A DNA stretch of 64,000 nucleotides, from IMG/VR virus record IMGVR_UViG_3300027804_002057. One strand, 5' to 3'. Shown piece after piece: positions 19,275-29,365 of this stretch. Positions within the stretch are counted from its first letter, which is position 1. The number at the start of each line of letters is the position of its first letter. Made by a program: the position numbers and the translations under genes. The notes beneath the pieces were generated by a model, which was given only the letters and a program-made list of their open reading frames with translations, made no database searches and was not told the DNA's origin. Source of the stretch: a virus.

Positions 19275-20246
19275 TTATATTACGTTTAAAATTTGTATTA
19301 ATGTTGATGCTGCTATAATTTCTTTATCAATTGCTACCGCAGATTTAGCAATACTATCACCTAAGATAAGAATTACACCGGATGTATTATCAGCTGCATA
19401 TTCATCTACTTTATCATAAAGAAGTGTGTACAATTCTGAAAATTCTGATGCTCTACTATCAATAATAGCCTGTCTTAGTTTCATATATTTATTTCTCTTA
19501 TCATCATTTGATTTAAGAATATCCAATACTTTTAACTTATAATCATTTTCTAATAGATTTTGTACATCTACTTTCAACTTACCTTTATGAGAATTCAATT
19601 GGCAAGTGTTGATTACTTTACGAATATCAGGATAACTAGCATCAATGATTGGAACTAAATCTTTTACATCAAACTCCACACCTTCAGCTTTCAAAATTTT
19701 ACTCATTTGAATAGCCACATCTTTTTTAGTTGGTGGGATAATTTGGAAAGATTGACATCTACTTTGAATTGGTTCAATTACTTTCTCCACATAGTTACAA
19801 GTCAAAATGAATCTACAATGTTTACTAAATGTTTCCATTAAGTTTCTTAGGATAGCCTGAGCGTTTTGTGACATGTAATCAAACTCATCCATTATAATAA
19901 TCTTAAATGGCTTGAATCCCATTGATGATGCAAAGTTCTTTACTTTGTTACGAACTGTATCTACGTTGTTTTCATCCGATGCGTTAATAATGATGTAATC
20001 ACAATCTAATGAATTAACAATCAATTTTGCTAATGTGGTTTTACCCGTACCCGCTCTACCATAAAGTAACAGATGCGGTACATCACCACTTTCTAAATAA
20101 GTTTCTACTTTTGATTTTAAGTGCTCATTACCTACATAATCTTCTAACTTATTAGGTCTATATTTTTCAACCCACAATGAGTGGTTGTTTTCTTCTTGCT
20201 GATATTCGAACATAATTTTTTTATTTTCCAGTTGAACCGAATCCAC
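19275..20246 (-). CDS. Clamp loader large subunit (T4 gp44 / RFC-like AAA+)
   Basis: WVEKYRP, GRAGTGKT, INASDE, MDEFD, FILTCN, SRC; true start may be MFEYQ. Confidence 0.95.
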   Translation of the reverse strand: MDSVQLENKKIMFEYQQEENNHSLWVEKYRPNKLEDYVGNEHLKSKVETYLESGDVPHLLLYGRAGTGKTTLAKLIVNSLDCDYIIINASDENNVDTVRNKVKNFASSMGFKPFKIIIMDEFDYMSQNAQAILRNLMETFSKHCRFILTCNYVEKVIEPIQSRCQSFQIIPPTKKDVAIQMSKILKAEGVEFDVKDLVPIIDASYPDIRKVINTCQLNSHKGKLKVDVQNLLENDYKLKVLDILKSNDDKRNKYMKLRQAIIDSRASEFSELYTLLYDKVDEYAADNTSGVILILGDSIAKSAVAIDKEIIAASTLIQILNVI

Positions 20247-20655
20247 CTTCGCCTCTTTCGGTGTTTGTTAATTCATCTACTTCTTTAAATTCAATTGGTG
20301 GATATGGTATAATCATAATTTGAGCAACTCTATCACCAACGATATAGGTATGCCCACCATCAATTTGGGATACACCTTTTTTATTAAATGTTGCCTGTAA
20401 TTCACCTCTATATTTACTATCAACCACACCAACACAATTTGATAATGATAAATCGGTATTTCTTACTGATGAACGAGGGAATACTAATCCTACAAATCCG
20501 TCAGGTATTTCTAATGCAATGCCCAATCCATATGTAATTTGTGTTTTAGTATCTAATATAATTGATGTTGCAACCAAATCCATTCCAGCATCACCTTCTT
20601 TGGCGTATGTTGGAATTACTGCATTAGGCTTCAGTTTCTTTATCTTCACTTCCAT
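20221..20655 (-). CDS. dut: dUTPase (trimeric)
   Basis: AGMDL, PRSS, GVVDSKYRGE, GDRVAQ, RGEGGFGSTG. Confidence 0.97.
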   Translation of the reverse strand: MEVKIKKLKPNAVIPTYAKEGDAGMDLVATSIILDTKTQITYGLGIALEIPDGFVGLVFPRSSVRNTDLSLSNCVGVVDSKYRGELQATFNKKGVSQIDGGHTYIVGDRVAQIMIIPYPPIEFKEVDELTNTERGEGGFGSTGK

Positions 20656-21004
20656 TTTGTAAATTTTTAATAGCTTCTCTTTGTTTTTCTCTTAGTTCTT
20701 TACCTTCGGATGAAATCTCTCTAGCAAATATTTTAAATATTTTACCAGTCTTTCCATTTTGAAAAGTAATATAAGAATCTTTAACATTGGTAATTGTAAA
20801 AATTACTTTTGGGTCTTCATCTTTATTTAACTCATCATCAGTCCATGCAAATACTTGTGGTTCATCTTCATCAAACTGAAAACACCATTCGCATTCTTCA
20901 TACTTTTCCTGATTCAATGCAATTTGTCCAATTGGTTCTAATTGTTGAGATACTTCCTCAACTTTTACTTCTTCTACTTTTTTTGTTTTTTTAGCCTTTG
21001 CCAT
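20624..21004 (-). CDS. Hypothetical protein
   Basis: 126-aa acidic ORF in the operon. Confidence 0.65.
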   Translation of the reverse strand: MAKAKKTKKVEEVKVEEVSQQLEPIGQIALNQEKYEECEWCFQFDEDEPQVFAWTDDELNKDEDPKVIFTITNVKDSYITFQNGKTGKIFKIFAREISSEGKELREKQREAIKNLQNGSEDKETEA

Positions 21005-21016
21005 ATTATTTTGTTT

Positions 21017-22228
21017 TTATCTTCCTACTTCTGATAGGTATTTTGCTTTCATTTCTTCCCAACTAATTCCGATAGCATCTATGTAGAATAAGTGTTCAGG
21101 TTTAATTCTTCCTTCATCATGTAGTTTTGTATATCTACTGATTGCGTGTTTCTTCCACCATTTGTTGATGTATTCAGTACCTTGCTTAAATTTATCTTTA
21201 AGGATTAATTGGTCTTCGGTAATTTTATCACAAAGGAAATCAGTACCATTTTCATACATCATAGCCATATACACACCTCTCTTAAATCCGTGATGATATT
21301 CAGTTGCTTTGATACCACACTCCTTAAAGATTTGTCCTAATATCTTTTGTTTGATACCACTAACAGGTCCGTTAGCTTCATATCCCATATTAGCACCATT
21401 ACGAGCTCTCTCATCTGAAATGTTATCTTTGTACCATTCAGCACGATTTTCTTTTAACCATTGATGCCAAGGGTCATAATACTTATCATCCGGCTTAATA
21501 CTAATTTTACCAGCTGATTCTCCTAATGTTTTAAATAAAGGGATACCATTGTATTGAGAATGGATACCATATAGAGATGTTGTACCTACTGCTATAAGAA
21601 CGTTTTCATATTTTTTCTTCCAATACTCTCTAACTTCAGGCACCGTAGTCATCATAGCTATTAACTTACCACCTAAGAAGTTATATCCTAAAGGTTGAGT
21701 ACATACAATAGTTGAAGCAATAGTTGTGTTGTTTAACTTACCCTTCTGAAACTTATCTTCTTTTGACCAACCAATAAAGTTATCTCTAACACCTAATGCG
21801 GTTACATCGGATGCCAATGAAATTTGTCCTAATAATTTTCCACTTGTCCTATCCTTTACATTAATCTTTACATTACGACCAGGGTTTGCTGTAAAATCCA
21901 TTGTGTGAATCATACGTCTTACTGCTGCCCATTTAGTAGATTCCTTAGGGTCTTCCACAATCTCAACGTAAGGGTCTAACGATTCAATTTCTTTTATCGT
22001 TAGCTCCTTATCATTGATATTTGTTGGTTTCCATTGAGAGTCATAATACGATGCTATTTGGGCTTTAGCCTGAATCATTGACGGTTCTTGCAACTCCACC
22101 CACTTTTTGTATAGTGTTTGTTCTTGCACAGACATCGTCATAAGATAGTCCATATTTTCTTTTAACTTTTGTTTCTCAACATCAAAGTCAAAGATAGGTT
22201 TTTGTGGTTCAGTTTCCCAAAAGCTCAT
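21017..22228 (-). CDS. DUF4338 / Druantia DruA-like protein
   Basis: PGRNVK..V.D, LG.ISL.S....L..RD.FIGW, PLGYNFLGGKL.A, TTSLYG..SQYN pattern. Confidence 0.75.
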   Translation of the reverse strand: MSFWETEPQKPIFDFDVEKQKLKENMDYLMTMSVQEQTLYKKWVELQEPSMIQAKAQIASYYDSQWKPTNINDKELTIKEIESLDPYVEIVEDPKESTKWAAVRRMIHTMDFTANPGRNVKINVKDRTSGKLLGQISLASDVTALGVRDNFIGWSKEDKFQKGKLNNTTIASTIVCTQPLGYNFLGGKLIAMMTTVPEVREYWKKKYENVLIAVGTTSLYGIHSQYNGIPLFKTLGESAGKISIKPDDKYYDPWHQWLKENRAEWYKDNISDERARNGANMGYEANGPVSGIKQKILGQIFKECGIKATEYHHGFKRGVYMAMMYENGTDFLCDKITEDQLILKDKFKQGTEYINKWWKKHAISRYTKLHDEGRIKPEHLFYIDAIGISWEEMKAKYLSEVGR

Positions 22229-22233
22229 ATTAA

Positions 22234-22929
22234 TTATTTAATTTCTACTAAGTAATAGTTTGATGTGTAATCTCCATCAGTAAATGATACATGTGATAAT
22301 CCTTTAGATGAGATTTTCAATGAAGATGATTTAGAACCTTTGTTAGCGGTTAAGATTGCTTTCAAATATTTTGCTGAGAATGCAATTGGTTCAACATCTT
22401 CTTTTGCTGTTGTTTCCACAGCGATTGAAATTCGATTTGAGTTGATTGAAGAATAACCCAAAATGATTTCAGCTTTTTTATCTTTTACAGTAAATGTAAA
22501 AGTATCTGCATCAGCCAATGCACCTTTTGATTTAATAAACTTATTTACAAAGTCATCATTCAAAGTAACTTCTGCATCAAAAGCAGGTAATGCTTTCAAA
22601 TCAGGTACTGCAGGAATCACCGATGGTGCTGCTAACATATATTGTACCTTAGTTCCTTTATCAGAGAACTTAACTGCTCCAGTTGTTTCTTCAACTGAAA
22701 TTGCTTCATCCAATACACTCAACAATCCTTTTAATTGAGATGTAGTGTAAATACCAAACTCACCATTAGGGAAATCAGTTTCAGCAACTGTAACATCACC
22801 TAACAATGTTTTGTCATCGGAAATCATTCTTACTGATAATTCTTTATCAGAAGATTTAATCATAACGGATTCAATCTCACCACCAAGGTTATAACGATTG
22901 ATAAAACCATCAAATTTGCTTTTGTTCAT
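22234..22929 (-). CDS. Sliding clamp (T4 gp45 / PCNA-like)
   Basis: 231 aa, two beta-rich repeats, FSAKYLKAIL, directly downstream of PolB and near the clamp loader. Confidence 0.75.
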   Translation of the reverse strand: MNKSKFDGFINRYNLGGEIESVMIKSSDKELSVRMISDDKTLLGDVTVAETDFPNGEFGIYTTSQLKGLLSVLDEAISVEETTGAVKFSDKGTKVQYMLAAPSVIPAVPDLKALPAFDAEVTLNDDFVNKFIKSKGALADADTFTFTVKDKKAEIILGYSSINSNRISIAVETTAKEDVEPIAFSAKYLKAILTANKGSKSSSLKISSKGLSHVSFTDGDYTSNYYLVEIK

Positions 22930-22995
22930 AATTGAAATTTTATATTTTAAAAGTTTATATTACACAAATATACGAAAAATACTTGAAACTACCAA

Positions 22996-25518
22996 CTAAA
23001 ATGAAAAGAATTTTTCAGCAGTTTTAGCGGCAGATAGTACCTCACCCCATCCCAATGCTCCATAAAAGTCCTCTAATTTCTTCAATAACTCTCTTTCAAA
23101 GATTTTATCATAATCAATGTATTGAGTTACCAATTCCATAATTTCAGGTGCATCATTATATCCCTTAAATCCAAGTCCTTCCAATCCATATGGATTTTGT
23201 TTTAGATACACCCATTTAATCTTGTCACCATCTCTCATTGGTTCGTATTTAGATGGGCATTTAAAGTGTACCAACAATTGATTGTGAGCAATTGCTGCTT
23301 TAACGTGAGCCGGAGTACCAGATGCAAATTGGAACATTGCCGTTTGGTCTTTTTTCTTTGGAAGATATTTAGATAATTCTTTTACAGCCGAGTTCTTAGC
23401 AATTGAAGTTACATCCATAGTTACCAATGCTTTTTTGAAAGCCTGTATCTTATCGGTTAGTATTTCTTCATTATCACCTTTTAGAATTTGAATAAGAACC
23501 TCACCCATAAATTTACGGAACTCAGCTGGATATGATGAACGAACTACGTCCAACCCTTTAACATCCAATCTATCCATTGGAATACCATTCTCAGCCACAA
23601 TCCATTGAGCGTATCTTTTCTTAGCAATCCAAATACCACTTCGAGATACGAACTCTTTCTTAATTTGGAATCTATGTTTTTCTTTTGCTACATTGAATAT
23701 TTTTTCAGCCAACACATCATAAAAATTATTTAAGAAGTCTTGCGTTTCACCAGCAATACTATCTACTAATTTGGCAATTTCCGAATCTTCTTTTGTTTTC
23801 CAATCAGGGAATCTATGGTCTAAGATAGGTACTGCTGAAAAGAATACTGAATCCGTATCAATGTAAATGTTGTAATCACCACCTTTAGTTCCTAACTCTT
23901 TGTTGTACTTAATGTTAGCCATATCCGCAGTTGATTTAATTACGGTCTGACCTGTTAGTGTTACAGCCTCAGCGTTATCCACATCATAGAATCGGAATGC
24001 CGGCAAACCTAACACACCATAAAGAGAGTTCAATAAGATTTTTTGTACCAACTGTCTTTTCTTATAGAATGCGTACTTCTCTTTGTCACCAGCTTCACCA
24101 AACTTCTTCTCCAACTTACGGAACTCAACACGCTGATTAAACCATAAATCCAAAATATCAGGGATACAGCCGGGCTTATCGGTTTTATATAGAACACCAT
24201 TTGATGCTACCGAACATTTAGCTTCTTCAAATAGTTTCTTTAAGTTTTCTTTTGTGATTTGTCTATCACCAATTGTGTACATATCCACTTCACCCTTCAT
24301 AAACTTTTGTGCATCCCAATCGTTAATCTTACCAATCTTAGTTTCGGGACTGATGTTTACAGTCATAATGATTGATGGATATAGTGAAGTTAAGTCCAAG
24401 TCATAAATCCAATCGTATTTACCAACAATAGGTGCCTTTACATAAGCTCCAATGAATTTTTCTTCATTGTTCTCTCTAATGGCTTCCATACGTTCTTGTC
24501 TATCCGCAGGTTTGTTTGGTGCTACAATGTTCTTACGTTTAAGGTAAGTAAGCATTGCACCTTCTAAATATTTAGATGAATAAACAAAATCTTCATAAGG
24601 AACATGTCCAGCGTGACATATACCTCTACACAAATCAATGAATTGTAATTTTCTATCTAATGAAACTACCAGGTCAACGTCAATCAAGTTATACTCAATA
24701 AACTTTTCAATATCATCTTTGAATAATTGGTCCAAATTACCTTTGTATTCAATCTTACCTCTACCCAATTCTTTCATAGCGATACTATCCAAACGATAGT
24801 TATCCAATTCTGAATATGTGTATGTACGATATAATTGTAAGTAGTCCAAATAAGATACACCTGCCATAAAGAATCTCTTACGATATGGTGACCAAAAACA
24901 CTCACCAATTGGAGATAATCTATTAGCGTGCTTAGCACCTAATAATCTTTTAATACGATTGTACAAATACGGAGTATCGAAATAATCAATGTTCCAACCA
25001 GTTACAATTGTTGGATTAATCATTTCGTATAAATCTAAATACTTTAGAATCATATCCCTTTCATCTCTAAAAGGAATTACAGTTCTATTACCGGTATTAC
25101 TTTCTTTCATCTTACCGGCTTTATCCATAATCAATACCCAAAAATGGTCAGTAGCTGAATCATGCAAACCTATCGCTGTTAATTCATTCTCTGATTTTTC
25201 AACATCAGGTAATCCACTTTCCATCTCAACCTCAATATCGTATGTAAGTGTAATGTGGCCTTCAGATGGTATATCCGAATCGGTATATGTATCAACTAAT
25301 ACTCTTGTTGTTTCAGGTACATCGGATTCAAATAAATCCGGGTCATCTTTTTTAAATTTGAATATCTTAGTAAGCTTATCACCATAAAGAGAAGTGTATT
25401 CACCTCTATCTGCTTTTTCGTAAGCATATCTACTATAAGGGAAAGTGCGGTATCCCAATTTATCATCCCAAATATGCACTAAATTCTTTTCTCTTTGATA
25501 ATAACAATTCTGATACAT
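22996..25518 (-). CDS. Family B DNA polymerase (T4 gp43-like)
   Basis: Exo DIE and GWNIDYFD; DLTSLYPSII, KILLNSLYG, YIDTDS, KKRY; C-terminal KFFSF. Confidence 0.98.
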   Translation of the reverse strand: MYQNCYYQREKNLVHIWDDKLGYRTFPYSRYAYEKADRGEYTSLYGDKLTKIFKFKKDDPDLFESDVPETTRVLVDTYTDSDIPSEGHITLTYDIEVEMESGLPDVEKSENELTAIGLHDSATDHFWVLIMDKAGKMKESNTGNRTVIPFRDERDMILKYLDLYEMINPTIVTGWNIDYFDTPYLYNRIKRLLGAKHANRLSPIGECFWSPYRKRFFMAGVSYLDYLQLYRTYTYSELDNYRLDSIAMKELGRGKIEYKGNLDQLFKDDIEKFIEYNLIDVDLVVSLDRKLQFIDLCRGICHAGHVPYEDFVYSSKYLEGAMLTYLKRKNIVAPNKPADRQERMEAIRENNEEKFIGAYVKAPIVGKYDWIYDLDLTSLYPSIIMTVNISPETKIGKINDWDAQKFMKGEVDMYTIGDRQITKENLKKLFEEAKCSVASNGVLYKTDKPGCIPDILDLWFNQRVEFRKLEKKFGEAGDKEKYAFYKKRQLVQKILLNSLYGVLGLPAFRFYDVDNAEAVTLTGQTVIKSTADMANIKYNKELGTKGGDYNIYIDTDSVFFSAVPILDHRFPDWKTKEDSEIAKLVDSIAGETQDFLNNFYDVLAEKIFNVAKEKHRFQIKKEFVSRSGIWIAKKRYAQWIVAENGIPMDRLDVKGLDVVRSSYPAEFRKFMGEVLIQILKGDNEEILTDKIQAFKKALVTMDVTSIAKNSAVKELSKYLPKKKDQTAMFQFASGTPAHVKAAIAHNQLLVHFKCPSKYEPMRDGDKIKWVYLKQNPYGLEGLGFKGYNDAPEIMELVTQYIDYDKIFERELLKKLEDFYGALGWGEVLSAAKTAEKFFSF

Positions 25519-26664
25519 CTATTCACTTAATTTTTTATGTAATACTGAAAACATTTTTGTATCGTTTTCTGATAATTCGTTTGCTCTTTTTAATGCTGCC
25601 AATTCCCTCTCACTTCTATAAGTATCGTCATCTAATATCTTATCAAGTAATTCAAACAATTCTTTTTGGTTATTAAAAAACATACCATTCGGTTCTATTT
25701 CTCTATAACAATCTGAATTATGAAATATCATTGGAGTTCCATTCATCATACAATCCGTTGCAGACACACTCCATCCATAATTTGTTTGTAATGGTTGTAT
25801 TCCAACTTTACATAATTGTAATTTTTCATAGTATGCTTGCTTTGATGCCTCTTTTGTTGTATCAAACCAAGGTAACTTTTTATCCTTATGTTGATATTGT
25901 GGCACCCATACTTTAAAATCTTGTCTATGTTTTTTGTAAGCTTCCATATAACCAACAAACTTATTATAGTTTTTATATCCAGCCGTTCTATGATTGAATA
26001 CAATTATGTTATGCTTATTTGGATTTGGTTGTGATATAATTTTATCTTTCATCACTCCCAAATTCCAAACACATAGTTTTTCATTCAATTTGTTTAAAAC
26101 ATCATCACTAAACCATTGCTTTGCTTCTTCAATAACTTTGTTCTTTTGGTCTTGTGTATTGATAAAGCAAGTATCCATTTGTAGTACACCCAATATTTCG
26201 TTGGGTAACCAAAGTTCTTTTGCTTTACCAGGTCTATTATCTACACCATTACAATAACTCATCTCCCACCAATGACAATAACCAATTATTTTTGTATCAA
26301 CAGTTTTCTTATATCTACCCACCACATTCCAATCAGGCAGATGCGAATAGATAATATCATAATCTGTATTCTTTAACACACCAACTAATTCTTCTGATGG
26401 GAAACATCTCTGATTCATCATATCGCCAGGTATAGGGACTTCAATTTGCTTAACGTTATCTAACATATTAAGCTTTGCACATACATTACCTTTTGGCATT
26501 ACTACATACCAAAAATATTCACCATAATTCTTTAAGGCATTAACGTGATTGAAAAGGACATCCACAAAGGAGTCCTTTTCAATATTTGAGTAGTTAGTAA
26601 TATTTGGTATCACTAATACTTTTCTTGCCGTATGGTAATTAACAGTTGTTTCCCAAAATGACAT
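25519..26664 (-). CDS. GT-B glycosyltransferase-like protein, candidate DNA-base modifier
   Basis: IIVFNHR...YK, GWSVSATDCMMNGTP; stop codon abuts the PolB start. Confidence 0.65.
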   Translation of the reverse strand: MSFWETTVNYHTARKVLVIPNITNYSNIEKDSFVDVLFNHVNALKNYGEYFWYVVMPKGNVCAKLNMLDNVKQIEVPIPGDMMNQRCFPSEELVGVLKNTDYDIIYSHLPDWNVVGRYKKTVDTKIIGYCHWWEMSYCNGVDNRPGKAKELWLPNEILGVLQMDTCFINTQDQKNKVIEEAKQWFSDDVLNKLNEKLCVWNLGVMKDKIISQPNPNKHNIIVFNHRTAGYKNYNKFVGYMEAYKKHRQDFKVWVPQYQHKDKKLPWFDTTKEASKQAYYEKLQLCKVGIQPLQTNYGWSVSATDCMMNGTPMIFHNSDCYREIEPNGMFFNNQKELFELLDKILDDDTYRSERELAALKRANELSENDTKMFSVLHKKLSE

Positions 26665-26674
26665 TTAATTTAAT

Positions 26675-28366
26675 TTATTTGTTAGTGAACAACATACCCG
26701 CCACCATTCTAATTTCATCAGGTGTCAATGCAGTTGTTCTATTATCTACATCTAATATATCTAATAAACTTTGTGTTTTACTATACTTTACAAGTTTACA
26801 TACATACTTAACATCATCAGCATCACATCCTGCTGATTTGTTTCGGTTTACTTCATTTAGTATTAATTGACCATTGTACACTTCAGTAGGTCCACCATAA
26901 GTGTATGCTATAATGTGGTCAGCTCTCCATTCTGATTGTGGATAGTCACTAAGTTTCTTACCGGTCTTTCTACATAATCCATTTTGGATAGTATATAATT
27001 CATCTCTTTGTTGCTGAGAGAATTCTCTTGGATTTTTGTTTGCTTTTGAGAATCCCCAGCTTTCAAAGTCAAAACCATCTAATAGTGGCATCAGAGTAAA
27101 CTCCAAGTCATCTATACGAGCACCACCATTGAATACAGAGCGGTATCCATATTCCTCACCTTTGTTTACTTTCTTAGATGTGGTTTTTTTAACCATCCTA
27201 CCATCAGAATCAATAGATTCATATCTTTGGTGCGGATTATGTTTGAAACTCTTTTTACCAGCAAAGAGTGTAATTCTATCTCTAAGTGTTTCTAAGAATT
27301 TTGCTGAATTGAAGTTCTTATCCAATACTTGCCAATTTTGGTTAATCAATCCTATTTCATATATTAGGCAGAATACCTTTTTAATGTTACCTTTCTTCCA
27401 ATTTTGTTTTGCACCAATTTTACCAGTTCTTACAACTCTATCTGTCATAGATAGAATTATCTCAAGATTTTTAATGAATTGGATACCTTCTTTTATTGTA
27501 AGGAATTCATTAAATTCTTCACTCCTATACATTTCCTCTAACGGACCTGCCGTAGAATCTAAACCGGTACATTCGTTACTTGTAAACCCACCTTGCTTCA
27601 TATACAACATACACAATGAAACAATCTCATCGGTTTCTCTTTTTGTTGTTTTCAACCCAATATGGGCCAACTTTTGGCCTACTTTTTCGGAAAGGAATTT
27701 GAAGGCTTCACTACTATCTACTGCTCCATATTTTCTACATAAGTCTGAAACATATGAATTGATTGCGTTTCTCTTATCCGCTGCACTCATATCGTGCAAA
27801 TCGTTTAGTGTTAGGAATATATCTTCCGCCTCATCATCAGATATATTTGAATGTATTGTTAAATCGAAGTATATACTTGTTTGGTATATTTCTTCCAATT
27901 CAGAATGTTTATCGGTAATTTGTTTCCAGCTCATATCACTCAAGTCATATTCGGTTTCAATTCCAGTTTCAGAATTTACCAATGTGATGATTAAGTTTTT
28001 TGGAGTTCTAATTTTGTTTGTGAAGAACGCCAGAATAGTTCTGGAACGATGCCCACCATCCAATATTTCGTAGAATCCATCTTGAGTTAATCTAAGATGA
28101 ATTTTTTGGAATGGTTTAAGTTTTAATACATCTCCTATAAGATGTTGTTGCCATATTTCACCAGTTCCCCACGCCACATCTACATAGTGGTAAGGTCTTT
28201 GGAATTTTGGAGATGGGTTGATTTTACCCTGATGATAATAATCAAGGAATTTTCTTAGAGTCCAATATTGGTTTTGGATGTTTGAGTGCTTTTCTAAATA
28301 CACTCTTTTGAATTCGTTAATGGTTGCGAATCTGATTGCACCATCAAGTAATGGTTGATTACTCAT
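26675..28366 (-). CDS. DUF262 (ParB-like) + HNH protein, GmrSD/SspE-like architecture
   Basis: PKFQRPY, EILDGGHR, IFLTLN; C-terminal C..TG...ADHIIAYTYGGPT...NGQL....NRNKS. Confidence 0.82.
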   Translation of the reverse strand: MSNQPLLDGAIRFATINEFKRVYLEKHSNIQNQYWTLRKFLDYYHQGKINPSPKFQRPYHYVDVAWGTGEIWQQHLIGDVLKLKPFQKIHLRLTQDGFYEILDGGHRSRTILAFFTNKIRTPKNLIITLVNSETGIETEYDLSDMSWKQITDKHSELEEIYQTSIYFDLTIHSNISDDEAEDIFLTLNDLHDMSAADKRNAINSYVSDLCRKYGAVDSSEAFKFLSEKVGQKLAHIGLKTTKRETDEIVSLCMLYMKQGGFTSNECTGLDSTAGPLEEMYRSEEFNEFLTIKEGIQFIKNLEIILSMTDRVVRTGKIGAKQNWKKGNIKKVFCLIYEIGLINQNWQVLDKNFNSAKFLETLRDRITLFAGKKSFKHNPHQRYESIDSDGRMVKKTTSKKVNKGEEYGYRSVFNGGARIDDLEFTLMPLLDGFDFESWGFSKANKNPREFSQQQRDELYTIQNGLCRKTGKKLSDYPQSEWRADHIIAYTYGGPTEVYNGQLILNEVNRNKSAGCDADDVKYVCKLVKYSKTQSLLDILDVDNRTTALTPDEIRMVAGMLFTNK

Positions 28367-28481
28367 AAATAATTTGGTTTACCTATACACCATTTCAAGG
28401 TTTTAGTTGGTTGCTGCTACCTTTTTGTTTTAATTGTAAAGTATTTGCATCAGCATTACAAATACCTTTTGTTTGTAAATA

Positions 28482-28513
28482 CAAATATACGAAGATTTTT
28501 TGATATGGCCAAA
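28482..28513 (-). promoter_or_regulatory. Bacteroidota-type promoter for the DUF262-HNH/GT/PolB unit
   Basis: TTTG-N20-TATATTTG. Confidence 0.75.
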
Positions 28514-28532
28514 CTTTTTTAGTACTTTTTTC

Positions 28533-28557
28533 TAACTTATTGATTATCAATGAGTTA
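28533..28557. repeat. 25-bp imperfect palindrome TAACTTATTGATTATCAATGAGTTA
   Basis: 12-bp arms with one mismatch (G-T) around a central T. Confidence 0.8.
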
Positions 28558-28561
28558 CATA

Positions 28562-29362
28562 TTACCAAAAATTGGCCGCACCTTCTGGTGCTTCGTATGT
28601 AGTTAGGTGATGTACTATTTCTGTATTAAAAGATGCCGTATCTTTTGGGTAAGGTTTGATTTCATGCTTTAATCGTTTCATCAAATCCTTCTTTTCTTTT
28701 TTATCTTGCGCAAGTATCTGAACATATCTATGCTTTGGTGGTTCTTCCCTTCTCCAAAACTCTTTATATCCTTGCTTACCAATTTCTAATTTCAAATGGT
28801 CTAAGTTACCACTACCCCACATTGAGAATACTGTCCTACTATGAATCCATTGATAAGGGTCTTTGTGTAATGATATACCCCAGTTTGGCATCAATGCAAT
28901 ATCCGTAGATAATCCCTGATAAATCCAATTGGTGGCTTGATAGATTCCACCCAAATGCGATTGTCCATTATCAGCGTATGAAAGTAATACCTTTATATTT
29001 TTATCGTGCTCTTTTAACCATTTGAAAGATTGTCCTAATGCATATGATTCAATATTAGAACCATAACCATCATCACAATATAATCGTGTCAATTCTAAAA
29101 TGTTATCTTTGGTTAAACCTTCACAAATAGAAGTTGATGCTTTTGCTCCAACTGGGAAACCATAGATTAAACAACCTATAAGTTTATCACCATCAAAGGT
29201 ATTTGCATCTTCTGATTTGTAATATATTCCAATTGCATATCTACAAGCTGTCCAAGCATGAGTATAATGTTTCTTTACAATCATATCTTTAGCAATACTC
29301 TTTGCTATTGGTGCTACATACACTTTGGATACATCACAATAATTTTTACCTTCTACTTTCAT
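28562..29362 (-). CDS. Mom-like (GNAT-fold) DNA adenine-modification protein, paralog 1
   Basis: KHY, ILELTRL, NIESY, LLSYAD..Q.H.G.IYQATNWIYQG, KHRY as in Mu Mom relatives. Confidence 0.82.
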   Translation of the reverse strand: MKVEGKNYCDVSKVYVAPIAKSIAKDMIVKKHYTHAWTACRYAIGIYYKSEDANTFDGDKLIGCLIYGFPVGAKASTSICEGLTKDNILELTRLYCDDGYGSNIESYALGQSFKWLKEHDKNIKVLLSYADNGQSHLGGIYQATNWIYQGLSTDIALMPNWGISLHKDPYQWIHSRTVFSMWGSGNLDHLKLEIGKQGYKEFWRREEPPKHRYVQILAQDKKEKKDLMKRLKHEIKPYPKDTASFNTEIVHHLTTYEAPEGAANFW

Positions 29363-29365
29363 ATT

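Noticed and set aside
27036-28073. 345-aa plus-strand ORF
   Set aside because: Lies fully antisense inside the DUF262-HNH gene, in the reverse frame that is naturally poor in stops; Ser/Leu/Phe-rich with no motifs.
28380-28470. preQ1, fluoride riboswitch or hammerhead in the DUF262-HNH leader
   Set aside because: Only fragments resemble these (CTGATG, GAAA, AACTAA); the required order and stems are missing.
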